The notes under the pieces: model-generated
The model's database searches: none
What the model was told of the DNA's origin: nothing
The model's input: the letters and a program-made list of their open reading frames with translations, nothing else
Shown: positions 46,167-55,388 of the stretch, piece after piece
How positions within the stretch are numbered: position 1 is the stretch's first letter
Layout of the letters: every line of letters starts with the position of its first letter
Made by a program: the position numbers and the translations under genes
NCBI GenBank assembly: GCA_002794035.1
Contig: PCXQ01000004.1
Location: 187,064-251,063 of the forward strand
Direction: 5' to 3'
Length of the DNA: 64,000 nt
Source of the DNA: Candidatus Yanofskybacteria bacterium CG10_big_fil_rev_8_21_14_0_10_36_16
Lineage (GTDB): Bacteria; Patescibacteriota; Minisyncoccia; 2-02-FULL-40-12; IGHO2-01-FULL-4-A

Positions 46167-47975
46167 TTATTTTAACTTTGCAAGTTCGCCGGATAATTCG
46201 GTAAACTTTGCCACTAATGATGTTAGTTGCTCTTTATTGCCTGTTTTTTCGGTTTCCCTAATCTCAAAGCTTAAATCCCCTAATTTTTTTTGAATATTTC
46301 TCAATTTCGCCTGATAAATAAGTTTAGCAAATTCTTCTTTTTTTGATTCATCACTGAAATCTTTCCATATCTCCTCAGCTCTAAAATGCAATAAATCAAC
46401 CTTTTTCTTTGTGTTTTCATTAGTATTTTCTTTACCGGATTTATTGTTTAGATAGTCTAATAATTCTATTAATTCATTAGACCAGAAATCATGTTTAAAA
46501 TCAACCCCCCTTATCAACTCCGGACTTAAACAGACAAGCTCAGCGATACTTTGTTCATAATGCTTAAACTTACCAATATCGCCTGTTTCTTCAGATCCTT
46601 CGTCATCATATTCATAATTTGCAGACGTTTCAGAAAATACAGGCTCTGCTATATTGTTTAATTCATTATAAATCAAATCTTCTTTGGTCTTAACCTTTAA
46701 TGCAAGCTCCGCCACCCAGTGAGCCTGCTCCACCTTGCTACTTATAGATTTTATAATGGGCAAAAGTTTTTGAGTAACCATCTTTTTGCCAAGAGCAGTT
46801 GCGGTATCGGCACCAGTTGTTACTTTTTTAAAGAAATACTCCATAAACGGTTTTGATTTTGAAGAATATTCTTCCCATTTTGAACCGTAAGCCTTAACAT
46901 AATCAGAAGGATCTTTTAATTTGGGATCGTCTATCGAAATGACTCCAACATTAAAATTCTGGGCAAGAGCAAGATCGACACCTCTTTGTGTTGCGATCTC
47001 CCCCGCCGCATCCTCATCAAAACAAAGATCTAAATTGTCAGTATAACGCTTTATAATTTTTAAATGACTAGCAGTTAAAGCAGTACCTGATGTGGCCACG
47101 GCATTACCAACGCCAGCTTGGTGAGACATCACAACGTCCATATTTCCCTCAACTGCCAAGCATTTATCCTTGCTTCTTATTTCCATTCGCGCCTTATCTA
47201 AGCCGTAAAGCAATCTGCTTTTGTCATATATTGGGGTTTGAGGTGTGTTTATATACTTGGCCACAGCTTCACCGCCAGAGGTGGGTCCACCTCCAACATC
47301 AAAAATCCTACCAGAAAATCCCACAACCTGACCGCTTAAATTAGTTACAGGAAACATGATCCTATTTCTAAATCTATCATAAATACCACTCCCAGACCCT
47401 CCACCTTGCCCATCAACATTTCTTTTAATGCCCATGCCTGATTTTGAAATCTCTTCCTCAGAATATCCTCGTGTTTTTGCAAAATTACTAAAAGAAGACC
47501 AATCATCAGGAGCAAATCCCAAACGAAAATTTTTAATTGACTCGTCAGTCGTTCCCCTTTCGTGTAGATACTTCAAAACATTCTTTCCTGTGTTTGAATG
47601 CCAAAGTTGTTTTTCAAAAAATTTAGTTGCTAATTCAGATATCTCAAAAAGTATTGTTTTTTCAGATTGAAATTCCTTATATTCCGGTGTTGACTGCTTA
47701 AGTTCAACCCCAGCTTTTGTGGCAAGCATTTTTAATACTTCAGGGAACTCTAACCCCTCAATTTCCTGAACAAAGGTAAACATATCCCCGCCCTTTGAAC
47801 ACCCGAAGCAATGAAATATTTGCCTTTCTGGGTTAACAAAAAACGAGGGGGTTTTCTCGTTATGAAACGGGCATTGTGCCTTATAGTTAATGCCTGACTT
47901 GTTAAGCTTTACATAGCCACCTATCACATCAACGATATCGAGGCGATCTTTAATTTTTGACACATTATCTTCCAT
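46167..47975 (-). CDS. dnaG: DNA primase DnaG
   Basis: Zinc-binding CPFHNEKTPSFFV...FHCFGCSKGGD, TOPRIM (VEGNMDVV). Confidence 0.9.
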   Translation of the reverse strand: MEDNVSKIKDRLDIVDVIGGYVKLNKSGINYKAQCPFHNEKTPSFFVNPERQIFHCFGCSKGGDMFTFVQEIEGLEFPEVLKMLATKAGVELKQSTPEYKEFQSEKTILFEISELATKFFEKQLWHSNTGKNVLKYLHERGTTDESIKNFRLGFAPDDWSSFSNFAKTRGYSEEEISKSGMGIKRNVDGQGGGSGSGIYDRFRNRIMFPVTNLSGQVVGFSGRIFDVGGGPTSGGEAVAKYINTPQTPIYDKSRLLYGLDKARMEIRSKDKCLAVEGNMDVVMSHQAGVGNAVATSGTALTASHLKIIKRYTDNLDLCFDEDAAGEIATQRGVDLALAQNFNVGVISIDDPKLKDPSDYVKAYGSKWEEYSSKSKPFMEYFFKKVTTGADTATALGKKMVTQKLLPIIKSISSKVEQAHWVAELALKVKTKEDLIYNELNNIAEPVFSETSANYEYDDEGSEETGDIGKFKHYEQSIAELVCLSPELIRGVDFKHDFWSNELIELLDYLNNKSGKENTNENTKKKVDLLHFRAEEIWKDFSDESKKEEFAKLIYQAKLRNIQKKLGDLSFEIRETEKTGNKEQLTSLVAKFTELSGELAKLK

Positions 47976-48178
47976 ATGATTTACAGAAATTAATCCTGAA
48001 CAAAGCCGAATGGGTTAATTTTTGACACACTATCTTTCGCACAAGCAATATTTAATAGTTATTACTATACAATAACCAAAATATCAAAAACACTAGACAT
48101 TTACCAGTTTATATTTTACAAGTTAATTATTTTGTGATATAGTATAAATAGCGATATTGAAAATAAAAGGAGAAGAAA

Positions 48179-48397
48179 ATGAGATATCCAGAATTTAAAC
48201 CATTACCTTTGCATGTAGTCATTATATGCATATTAATACCGGAATTTATTTTCATCTTAGATAAAGAAATAGAACCCTGGATGCTCTTGGCAGGCTTTTT
48301 AGGAGGTTTATCTTTTTATTATTTTATACTTTTACCTATTTTAAAATTTATTGATGGCTTGTCAGCAAAAGCATACAATAAAATATTTTCCCATTAA
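48179..48397 (+). CDS. Small hypothetical membrane protein
   Basis: 72 aa, 2 TM. Terminator hairpin follows at 48402-48426. Confidence 0.3.
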   Translation: MRYPEFKPLPLHVVIICILIPEFIFILDKEIEPWMLLAGFLGGLSFYYFILLPILKFIDGLSAKAYNKIFSH

Positions 48398-48470
48398 TAG
48401 TAAGCCCGCTTCAGCGGGCTTTTTTGTTATACGGCGAGCCATGTACCAAAAACTCTAAATAAAAATTTTA

Positions 48471-49943
48471 TTATTCTGGAAGTTTTTCTTTGATTTGTGA
48501 TTTCTTAGGTTTTTGTTGGCTTAGCCATTCCCTGATAAATAGTGTGGCTCTCACATCATCTTCGTTGTATTTGAGAATTTTATCTTTTAATTTTTTATCC
48601 TTATTATTAAGCCAATCATTATACCAAACAACCGACTCCGCTCCCCCAGCATCTTCCGCTTCCCAATCAAAACCTAAATAACGGGCAACATCTTTTAAAC
48701 TATAAAAATACAACGGCAAAACAACGGAACGCGTCAATATTAAATGCAAATCAAATGCATTATCTTTGAATTTTTTTTCAAGATCCCGAGAAATGCCATA
48801 CCTTGCTGCAAACTTATTAAATACCTGCATCTCATAACTTGAATAATAATAAACAACAAAATCATCAAGTTCTTCCAAATATTTTAGAAAATCCTCCCAC
48901 ATTCTTTTTTGATCATCTTTGCTGTCAGCCCAAAAATATTTGTATTCAGTCTTATTGCCTGTTTTTTGTAAGAATCCCCACAAATAATCAATATCGACAG
49001 TAGGGTCTGATTCAATATCAAAATGTATCTCGTTTTTTACTTCGGGAAATTCTGATTTTTGAACAACATAAAATTCATTGCTAATTAAAGCATTGGCCTG
49101 ACTTTGGAAACGCATAATCTTATCAAAATTCCAAAAAGTTAAATCACGCTGCAAATCATTTACATCAGTATTTGCAAGATCCCGAACTGTTTTTATGCCT
49201 ATATCATAAAGCTGGCGCTGATCTGACTGGCTTATTCTATAAACCAGTGAAACATCATCACAGTCCTTAGCTTCTGATTCACAAAGAGCATACCATGGAG
49301 AACGCTTGCAGCCACTCTTCAAGAAAGGAGCGGGTTTTTCACCATTAAGTATTTTTTCAATTTCAGTAAGTGACATCTTAAACTGATCAACAAAATCATC
49401 AACCAAAAATGACCTCTCCTCCCCTTCTGCATTAATAATGTAGGCATCTCTGGGTCTTACACCTTGAATACGCTCAAGTATTAAACTATAAAATACAAGC
49501 TGAAATTTATATTCTGTTCTTACTTCTGGACCAAGTTTTACATCATAAACCACATAATAATGATCTCCGAAGTTAGACTTAACATTTCGTCCTAACTCTG
49601 ACGTAGGACGTGCCTCCAAAAGATCGGGCATACCAACCCAATCCTCATCCATTAACACGCCATGATAAATATTCTTACCCTCTTTCATTAGTTCTACAGT
49701 GGCCAAGAAAGCCTCGTCGAGATCTTTTAACAAAGAAGGGTCAATTTCTTCAAATTTTTTCGAATTTATAAGTTCCTTTTCGTGATTTAAACCTCCCTTG
49801 TGGATCATATCAATCAAAGGGGGTGTTTCCTTTGTCTTCTTAAGTTCACTATAAATATCGTACCAAATCCAATGGGGGCACTGAAAAAACTTATAAAAAT
49901 GTTCTCCAGTAATAACAAATTTTTTATCTTTAGATTTTATCAT
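48471..49943 (-). CDS. RecB-family PD-(D/E)xK nuclease fused to an RNase H-like domain (TM0106/DUF2779-like)
   Basis: N-terminal CPxxxW (FQCPHWIWYD). PD-(D/E)xK motifs GMPDLL and VVYDVKLG. C-terminal HFDIESDP...YLWGF RNase H-fold-like. Confidence 0.45.
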   Translation of the reverse strand: MIKSKDKKFVITGEHFYKFFQCPHWIWYDIYSELKKTKETPPLIDMIHKGGLNHEKELINSKKFEEIDPSLLKDLDEAFLATVELMKEGKNIYHGVLMDEDWVGMPDLLEARPTSELGRNVKSNFGDHYYVVYDVKLGPEVRTEYKFQLVFYSLILERIQGVRPRDAYIINAEGEERSFLVDDFVDQFKMSLTEIEKILNGEKPAPFLKSGCKRSPWYALCESEAKDCDDVSLVYRISQSDQRQLYDIGIKTVRDLANTDVNDLQRDLTFWNFDKIMRFQSQANALISNEFYVVQKSEFPEVKNEIHFDIESDPTVDIDYLWGFLQKTGNKTEYKYFWADSKDDQKRMWEDFLKYLEELDDFVVYYYSSYEMQVFNKFAARYGISRDLEKKFKDNAFDLHLILTRSVVLPLYFYSLKDVARYLGFDWEAEDAGGAESVVWYNDWLNNKDKKLKDKILKYNEDDVRATLFIREWLSQQKPKKSQIKEKLPE

Positions 49944-50048
49944 TATATTAATCGTATTATAAAAACAAATAAAATAAAAGTTGATTTTTTTACCAAAATA
50001 ATAAAAATCCGCATTTTTACGGATTTTTATTATTTTTATATTTTATAA

Positions 50049-50774
50049 TTACTGATTTTCAGGCAACTCAACACTTAATACTTCATCTCCTTTTTCTATT
50101 GATCTAACTAAGTCCATACCATTTGTAACCTTGCCGAAAACCGTGTGAAGACCATTAAGATGTGGCTGATCTTTTATTGTTACAATGAAGAACTGGCTGC
50201 CGTTTGTATTCGGACCCGCATTAGCCATAGCGATTGAACCAACGGTAACAGGCAAAGATTCAAGATCATAATCATACTCATACCCCTTAGCTTCGAGTTG
50301 TGAAATTTGAGAGTCAGACAATCCAAATCCAGGTGATTTTGGATTTATCTCATCTTCAAAAGCATAACCGGGACCACCTGTTCCATCATTAGAAGGATCA
50401 GTATCTTTAGAAAGAGGGTCGCCTCCTTGAATCATAAAGTCAGAGATAACTCTGTGAAACTTTGTACCATCATAAAATCCCTGGCCAGCAAGCAACATAA
50501 AGTTGCCCACGGTTTTTGGTGCAATTGTTGGATAAAGTTCAAGTTCTATATCTCCCTTGGTGGTATTTAAAACTACTCTTACTTTATCGGGTAAATTTTC
50601 CTCGGTAACTGTTTCAATATCTCCGTTTTTATCTTCCATTTTTTCATCTATTTGGGCCACGGAACCGTCGTCATTTAAAGCAATTTCCTCTGATCTTTCG
50701 GAAAAAAACAAAAAATACCCGCCAACGACAGCTAAGACAGCCAAAAATATGGTTAAATATCCAAATTTAGTCAT
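50049..50774 (-). CDS. ppiB: Cyclophilin-type peptidyl-prolyl cis-trans isomerase, membrane-anchored
   Basis: N-terminal TM. FHRVISDFMIQGGDP...GGPGYAFEDE cyclophilin core. Confidence 0.85.
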   Translation of the reverse strand: MTKFGYLTIFLAVLAVVGGYFLFFSERSEEIALNDDGSVAQIDEKMEDKNGDIETVTEENLPDKVRVVLNTTKGDIELELYPTIAPKTVGNFMLLAGQGFYDGTKFHRVISDFMIQGGDPLSKDTDPSNDGTGGPGYAFEDEINPKSPGFGLSDSQISQLEAKGYEYDYDLESLPVTVGSIAMANAGPNTNGSQFFIVTIKDQPHLNGLHTVFGKVTNGMDLVRSIEKGDEVLSVELPENQ

Positions 50775-50849
50775 AAATATTAATTATCAAGTATGAATGC
50801 AATACGCAAATAGACATACTTGAATAATTGTTTTATTTTAATAAACCTT

Positions 50850-51464
50850 TTATTTTCTAAGATATTTTTTAATGGGCAATAAAAAAATAGTGCCCAATAC
50901 AGAAAAGAAAACCATAGAAATAATCAAAAAATTAAAACCTATTGATATTGCAATGAATCCACCTATAGCAGCTAGGGTAGCACTGGATAAATCAGTAAGT
51001 GTAAAATACACTCCCCATTCTGTACCCTCCTTGTGATTATCAATATGTCTGGTAAAAATTGCCACATAAGAAGGAAAGGTCATGGCTGTAAAAAACCCCA
51101 AAACAAACTGTATAATATAAAGCTGCCATGGCAAATTTATAACAAGATACAAAAGAGGAATTACCGACATCACAACACTTCCCCAAAATAAGAACATAAA
51201 ATCATCCTTTTCTCCTTTGATTTTATCAATAAATGCAGCAAGGGGTATTTGCAAGGTACTTTTGGTAAATAAATATACAGCAACTGAAACACCGACAACA
51301 GCAGCGTTACCCCCAATAATAAAATCTTCTATAAAAATAGCAAAAACTGGAGAAAAAAGACCCGCCGCTCCAACAAGTATCACATCGGATACAATAAGCA
51401 ACCTAATAACAAAATTTATATCTTTTAAAAAGTAATGTTTTAACGCTAATATTTTTTTGTCCAT
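50850..51464 (-). CDS. Hypothetical 6-TM membrane protein (MFS-half-like)
   Basis: 204 aa, ~6 TM. Confidence 0.35.
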   Translation of the reverse strand: MDKKILALKHYFLKDINFVIRLLIVSDVILVGAAGLFSPVFAIFIEDFIIGGNAAVVGVSVAVYLFTKSTLQIPLAAFIDKIKGEKDDFMFLFWGSVVMSVIPLLYLVINLPWQLYIIQFVLGFFTAMTFPSYVAIFTRHIDNHKEGTEWGVYFTLTDLSSATLAAIGGFIAISIGFNFLIISMVFFSVLGTIFLLPIKKYLRK

Positions 51465-52855
51465 TATTTTAGTTTATCTGAAAAGTAAGATGAAAGCTCA
51501 TCTATTTTTATTCTTTCCTGCTTCGCAGTATCTCTATCGCGCACAGTAACTGTACCGTCTTCCAAACTATCGAAATCAACAGTAACACACCACGGCGTAC
51601 CTATTTCATCCTGAGCATAATAACGCTTACCTACATTTCCCCTATCATCCCAGACAGTTGTAAATTCAGAACTCAAATTATCAAAAATTTCCTGAGCCTT
51701 TTTAACAAGTTCGGGTTTATTTTTCAACAATGGAAAGACAGCGACTTTATATGGTGCAAGCTTAGGATGTAATTTCAAAACAACCCTCTTGTCATTGCCT
51801 TCTCCCTCTTCGTAATAAAACTCAAGCATAACCATGAGCATCAAACGAGTAAGGCCAAAAGTAGGCTCTATAACATGGGGGGTAAATTTATTACCCGATT
51901 CGGGATCCGTGTACTCAAGATCAACCCCAGAGTGTTTTGAATGATTTTTAAGATCAAAATCAGTCCTGTAAGCGAGTCCGAATAATTCTTTCCATCCTAT
52001 CGGTGTCTTATATTCAATATCCGCAGTGCGGTTACTATAATGCGATAATTCTTCTTTTTCGTGCTCTCTTACCCTCAGGTTGTCTTTGTTGAAACCGATT
52101 TCTTTCAACCAATCCTGCTGTTGGGCAAGCCAATATTCAAACCATTTTTGCCAATCATTTTTTTCAATGAAGTATTCAAATTCCATGAGATCAAATTCTA
52201 AAGTACGAAAAGTAAAATTACCCGGAGTAATTTCATTGCGAAAAACCTTACCCACAGAAGCAATACCGAACGGCAGTCTTATACGAGTTGTATCAAGAAC
52301 ATTTTTGAAGTTAACAAACATTGATTGAGCAACTTCCCCACGCAAATAAACAACACTTTTATCCCCCTCAACCGAACCAATAGAGGTTTGGAAAAGCAAA
52401 TTAAACTTTCGTGCCTTGGTAAACTCCCCTTTTGCTCCGCATTTTGGACAAGCAATTTTATGAGTTTCAATAATCTCTGACAATTCATCTGCAGATTTGC
52501 CTTCCACCTTCTGATCTGGCAAGGCATTTTCAATTAAATGATCAGCGCGGTGCCTGGTTTTGCATTTTTTGCAATCAACCATTGCATCACTAAAGCTCGA
52601 AACATGTCCTGATGCTTCCCAAACTTTTGGGTTCATCAAAATAGCAGCATCTAAACCCACCATATCTCGTCGTGACTGAACAAACCTCTTCCACCACCAA
52701 TCCCGCAAATTATTTTTTAATTCCACGCCAAGCGGGCCATAGTCCCAAGAGTTGGCCAAACCGCCATAAATCTCAGAGCCGGGATACACAAAACCCCGCC
52801 TTTTAGCCAGTGAGGTTATTGTATCTATTAAATTGTTATTCTTTTCTTTGCTCAA
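51464..52855 (-). CDS. glyQS: Glycyl-tRNA synthetase (dimeric alpha2 type)
   Basis: N-terminus LAKRRGFVYPGSEIYGGLANSWDYGPLG is the signature of alpha2-type GlyRS. Class II motifs present. Confidence 0.9.
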   Translation of the reverse strand: MSKEKNNNLIDTITSLAKRRGFVYPGSEIYGGLANSWDYGPLGVELKNNLRDWWWKRFVQSRRDMVGLDAAILMNPKVWEASGHVSSFSDAMVDCKKCKTRHRADHLIENALPDQKVEGKSADELSEIIETHKIACPKCGAKGEFTKARKFNLLFQTSIGSVEGDKSVVYLRGEVAQSMFVNFKNVLDTTRIRLPFGIASVGKVFRNEITPGNFTFRTLEFDLMEFEYFIEKNDWQKWFEYWLAQQQDWLKEIGFNKDNLRVREHEKEELSHYSNRTADIEYKTPIGWKELFGLAYRTDFDLKNHSKHSGVDLEYTDPESGNKFTPHVIEPTFGLTRLMLMVMLEFYYEEGEGNDKRVVLKLHPKLAPYKVAVFPLLKNKPELVKKAQEIFDNLSSEFTTVWDDRGNVGKRYYAQDEIGTPWCVTVDFDSLEDGTVTVRDRDTAKQERIKIDELSSYFSDKLK

Positions 52856-52872
52856 TATATAAAAGATTAAAT

Positions 52873-54702
52873 CTAGTTTTCTTGAACAGTCCCACCTGCT
52901 TTATCTACTGCCCTTACAGTATTAATCAATGCCTCCCTTCTGGTAATTTCCTGACTTGTTATTGTGTCGCGCCCTGTAAATATCGTTTCTTTTAACAAAT
53001 CGGCTGGCGAATTAATCTGGTTAATTGATGGTACTATTGATATCTGGAAATATGCCTCATAAGGAGGAAATGAAGTACCCACACCCCCCGGAACAGAGCC
53101 AATGTCCCAGAAAATAGAATTGCTATTTGAATCATATTGAGGCAGAGTACCTGTTACATTTGAGCGAGTATTCCCAACCCACTCAACTCCGGGCAATAAT
53201 TGTCCTGTAATTTCCGCGGGTGCTATCAAATTAACAGGATTGGCCACTGACCACCTTATTGTAAGAGTTGTTTTCTCGTCAACTTTAGGAGGCCAAGGAC
53301 CTGAAGAACCCCACTCAAAATCATCAACATAAAGTTCTTGTCTAAATGAAAGATTGGTTGCAATTCTTGTCAGAAGCTCGTCTTCTGCGATCAAACGATC
53401 AACGCCAAGATCGGGAGGAACATTAGTTGTCTCAATTCTAGGAGTAATTTTAACCAATGAATTTTGACTTCCTATTACTCCTCCTGGAAATTCTTCTTTA
53501 AGTCTTACCGTGAATTTAACAGATCCGGTCTGATTTGCTCTTAACACACCCAGCTGAGGAACAACTGAGGCATTCCAATAAACAGTATTTAATCTGCTGT
53601 CAAAAAAACCATCTGACTCAACTGATGTTAGATCAAACATCTCGCCATCAAGTTTTGCAGACAATCCCACGCCCAAAAGATCTCGGGTGGTATTGTTTTT
53701 AAATTTAATCTCATAACGCAAGGTTTCTCTTAATCGAGCAACATATTCTTCAACACCATTGACGGTAGCCGAAATAGACAAAAAAGGACTGGCAATAGCT
53801 GTCGAAGCTGTCACCCTCTCGAAATCAATATAGGTTTCCCCTTCTGGCGTGCTTACCTTTCTTCTCACTGTTGCTGATATTGTTTTGGAATCTCTTTCAT
53901 CTCCAATCAAAATACCTGAGATGCTAATACGAGAACCCTCCCCCGCCCTCAGTCTTGGGATAAGCCAAACGTTTTCTCCTTTGTTATAAATTGGCTTAGT
54001 GGTAAACACACGAAAAGTATCCGGCAATTCAATCTCAATCAAGACATCTTCAAAATCTTCCTCTGTTTCGTTTCTATAATCTAATATATAGGAAACATCC
54101 TGACCGTTAACTGCAGTTGGCGGAGCAACCAAGGTCAAACTAATAGGCAAAGAAGTAATAGTGGTAGTGGTGGAAGCTTCTTTTGCTATTGTGGTAACCA
54201 AATTTCCCGGCTGGAATGACAACACAGCCTTAACCTGCTTAATATTACCCCTGTCACCAACTATATAGGCAGTGAACTCTCTTTCTCCCTGCTCACCAGC
54301 TCCGATCTTCCCTATATCAATAACCTTGTTGTTAAGATCAATAATTTCTTCATCAACAATAACTATAGAATCGGCGGGATAAGTAAAAGTAAGTTTGGCA
54401 TCTATCAAATCTACCCTATTGTTGTTTTCATAAGAAACTTTATAAGTTACGAATTCTCCCCCTTTAACTTCACTTGGACCATCAATACCAACATTGACCT
54501 TGCTTTCACTAAAAGAACTCCTCCCAAGGAAGAAAAACAGTACACCAACTGCAACAATCAAAACAGCACCCGCTATCACATGCTTTATGCCAAACTTAAA
54601 ACCCCGTTTCTTTTCTTCTGAATTGGGTACTATTATAGGCTTAGGAATTGGAGTTACATCAAACCTTGGTTCTGAAATCTGATCTGAGCTTGGATTATCC
54701 AT
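52873..54702 (-). CDS. Large membrane-anchored surface protein with repeated beta-rich domains
   Basis: N-terminal TM, then ~550 aa of Thr/Val/Ser-rich beta-strand-like repeats. Confidence 0.4.
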   Translation of the reverse strand: MDNPSSDQISEPRFDVTPIPKPIIVPNSEEKKRGFKFGIKHVIAGAVLIVAVGVLFFFLGRSSFSESKVNVGIDGPSEVKGGEFVTYKVSYENNNRVDLIDAKLTFTYPADSIVIVDEEIIDLNNKVIDIGKIGAGEQGEREFTAYIVGDRGNIKQVKAVLSFQPGNLVTTIAKEASTTTTITSLPISLTLVAPPTAVNGQDVSYILDYRNETEEDFEDVLIEIELPDTFRVFTTKPIYNKGENVWLIPRLRAGEGSRISISGILIGDERDSKTISATVRRKVSTPEGETYIDFERVTASTAIASPFLSISATVNGVEEYVARLRETLRYEIKFKNNTTRDLLGVGLSAKLDGEMFDLTSVESDGFFDSRLNTVYWNASVVPQLGVLRANQTGSVKFTVRLKEEFPGGVIGSQNSLVKITPRIETTNVPPDLGVDRLIAEDELLTRIATNLSFRQELYVDDFEWGSSGPWPPKVDEKTTLTIRWSVANPVNLIAPAEITGQLLPGVEWVGNTRSNVTGTLPQYDSNSNSIFWDIGSVPGGVGTSFPPYEAYFQISIVPSINQINSPADLLKETIFTGRDTITSQEITRREALINTVRAVDKAGGTVQEN

Positions 54703-54766
54703 TTTTATAAGGTTAATATATTTTTAGAATTTAAATATTATTATTAAACTAGTACTATATCAACAT

Positions 54767-55312
54767 TCATCTTACCACATTTTGTATTAGTTGTAATGAC
54801 CCAAATCTTCTCTCAACAGCCTCTTCTATGCTCAATCCCTTACCATAACCGAGCACATTAACTGCTTCCGCGTGTATTTTTTTAAACTCTTTTTGCCAAA
54901 ATATATCTTTTTTATTGGCAAAAAGGTTAATATCATTAAGTTTGTTACTTAAAAAGTCCCATAAACTGCCGTCTCTCTCTCCCTCCATTACAACCTTGTC
55001 CATTAATTCAACAATAAAAAATGAAACTGCAAGCGCCTTAATGTCTGACTTTATCTTGCTGAAAGCATTTAAACAATAAGCGCTAGTTATTATAGGATGT
55101 CCATTGCCTTGAACCAAATTAAAATCAACCAAATTCAAAATATCCAGATGGCTTGCCTGTTTTGATGTCGAACGAAGAACACTCTTGGCTTGATAAACTT
55201 GTTTTCCATCTTCCTGAGTATAACAAATCACCAACTCATCATATTCACGAATAGGTATTTTTTTAATAATAAATGCACGCATAGTATTTATTATAGAATA
55301 AATATCTTTCAA
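54767..55312 (-). CDS. recO: RecO-like DNA repair protein (short form, no obvious zinc finger)
   Basis: N-terminal OB-fold pattern AFIIKKIPIREYDELVICYTQEDGK..AKSVLRS and C-terminal ...NVLGYG resemble RecO. Confidence 0.4.
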   Translation of the reverse strand: MKDIYSIINTMRAFIIKKIPIREYDELVICYTQEDGKQVYQAKSVLRSTSKQASHLDILNLVDFNLVQGNGHPIITSAYCLNAFSKIKSDIKALAVSFFIVELMDKVVMEGERDGSLWDFLSNKLNDINLFANKKDIFWQKEFKKIHAEAVNVLGYGKGLSIEEAVERRFGSLQLIQNVVR

Positions 55313-55388
55313 TACCTAGATTTACAAAATCCCAGCCACTAAAACAGCTAGGATTCTATATTTTTCTTAAATTTAATAAAAAATCTAT

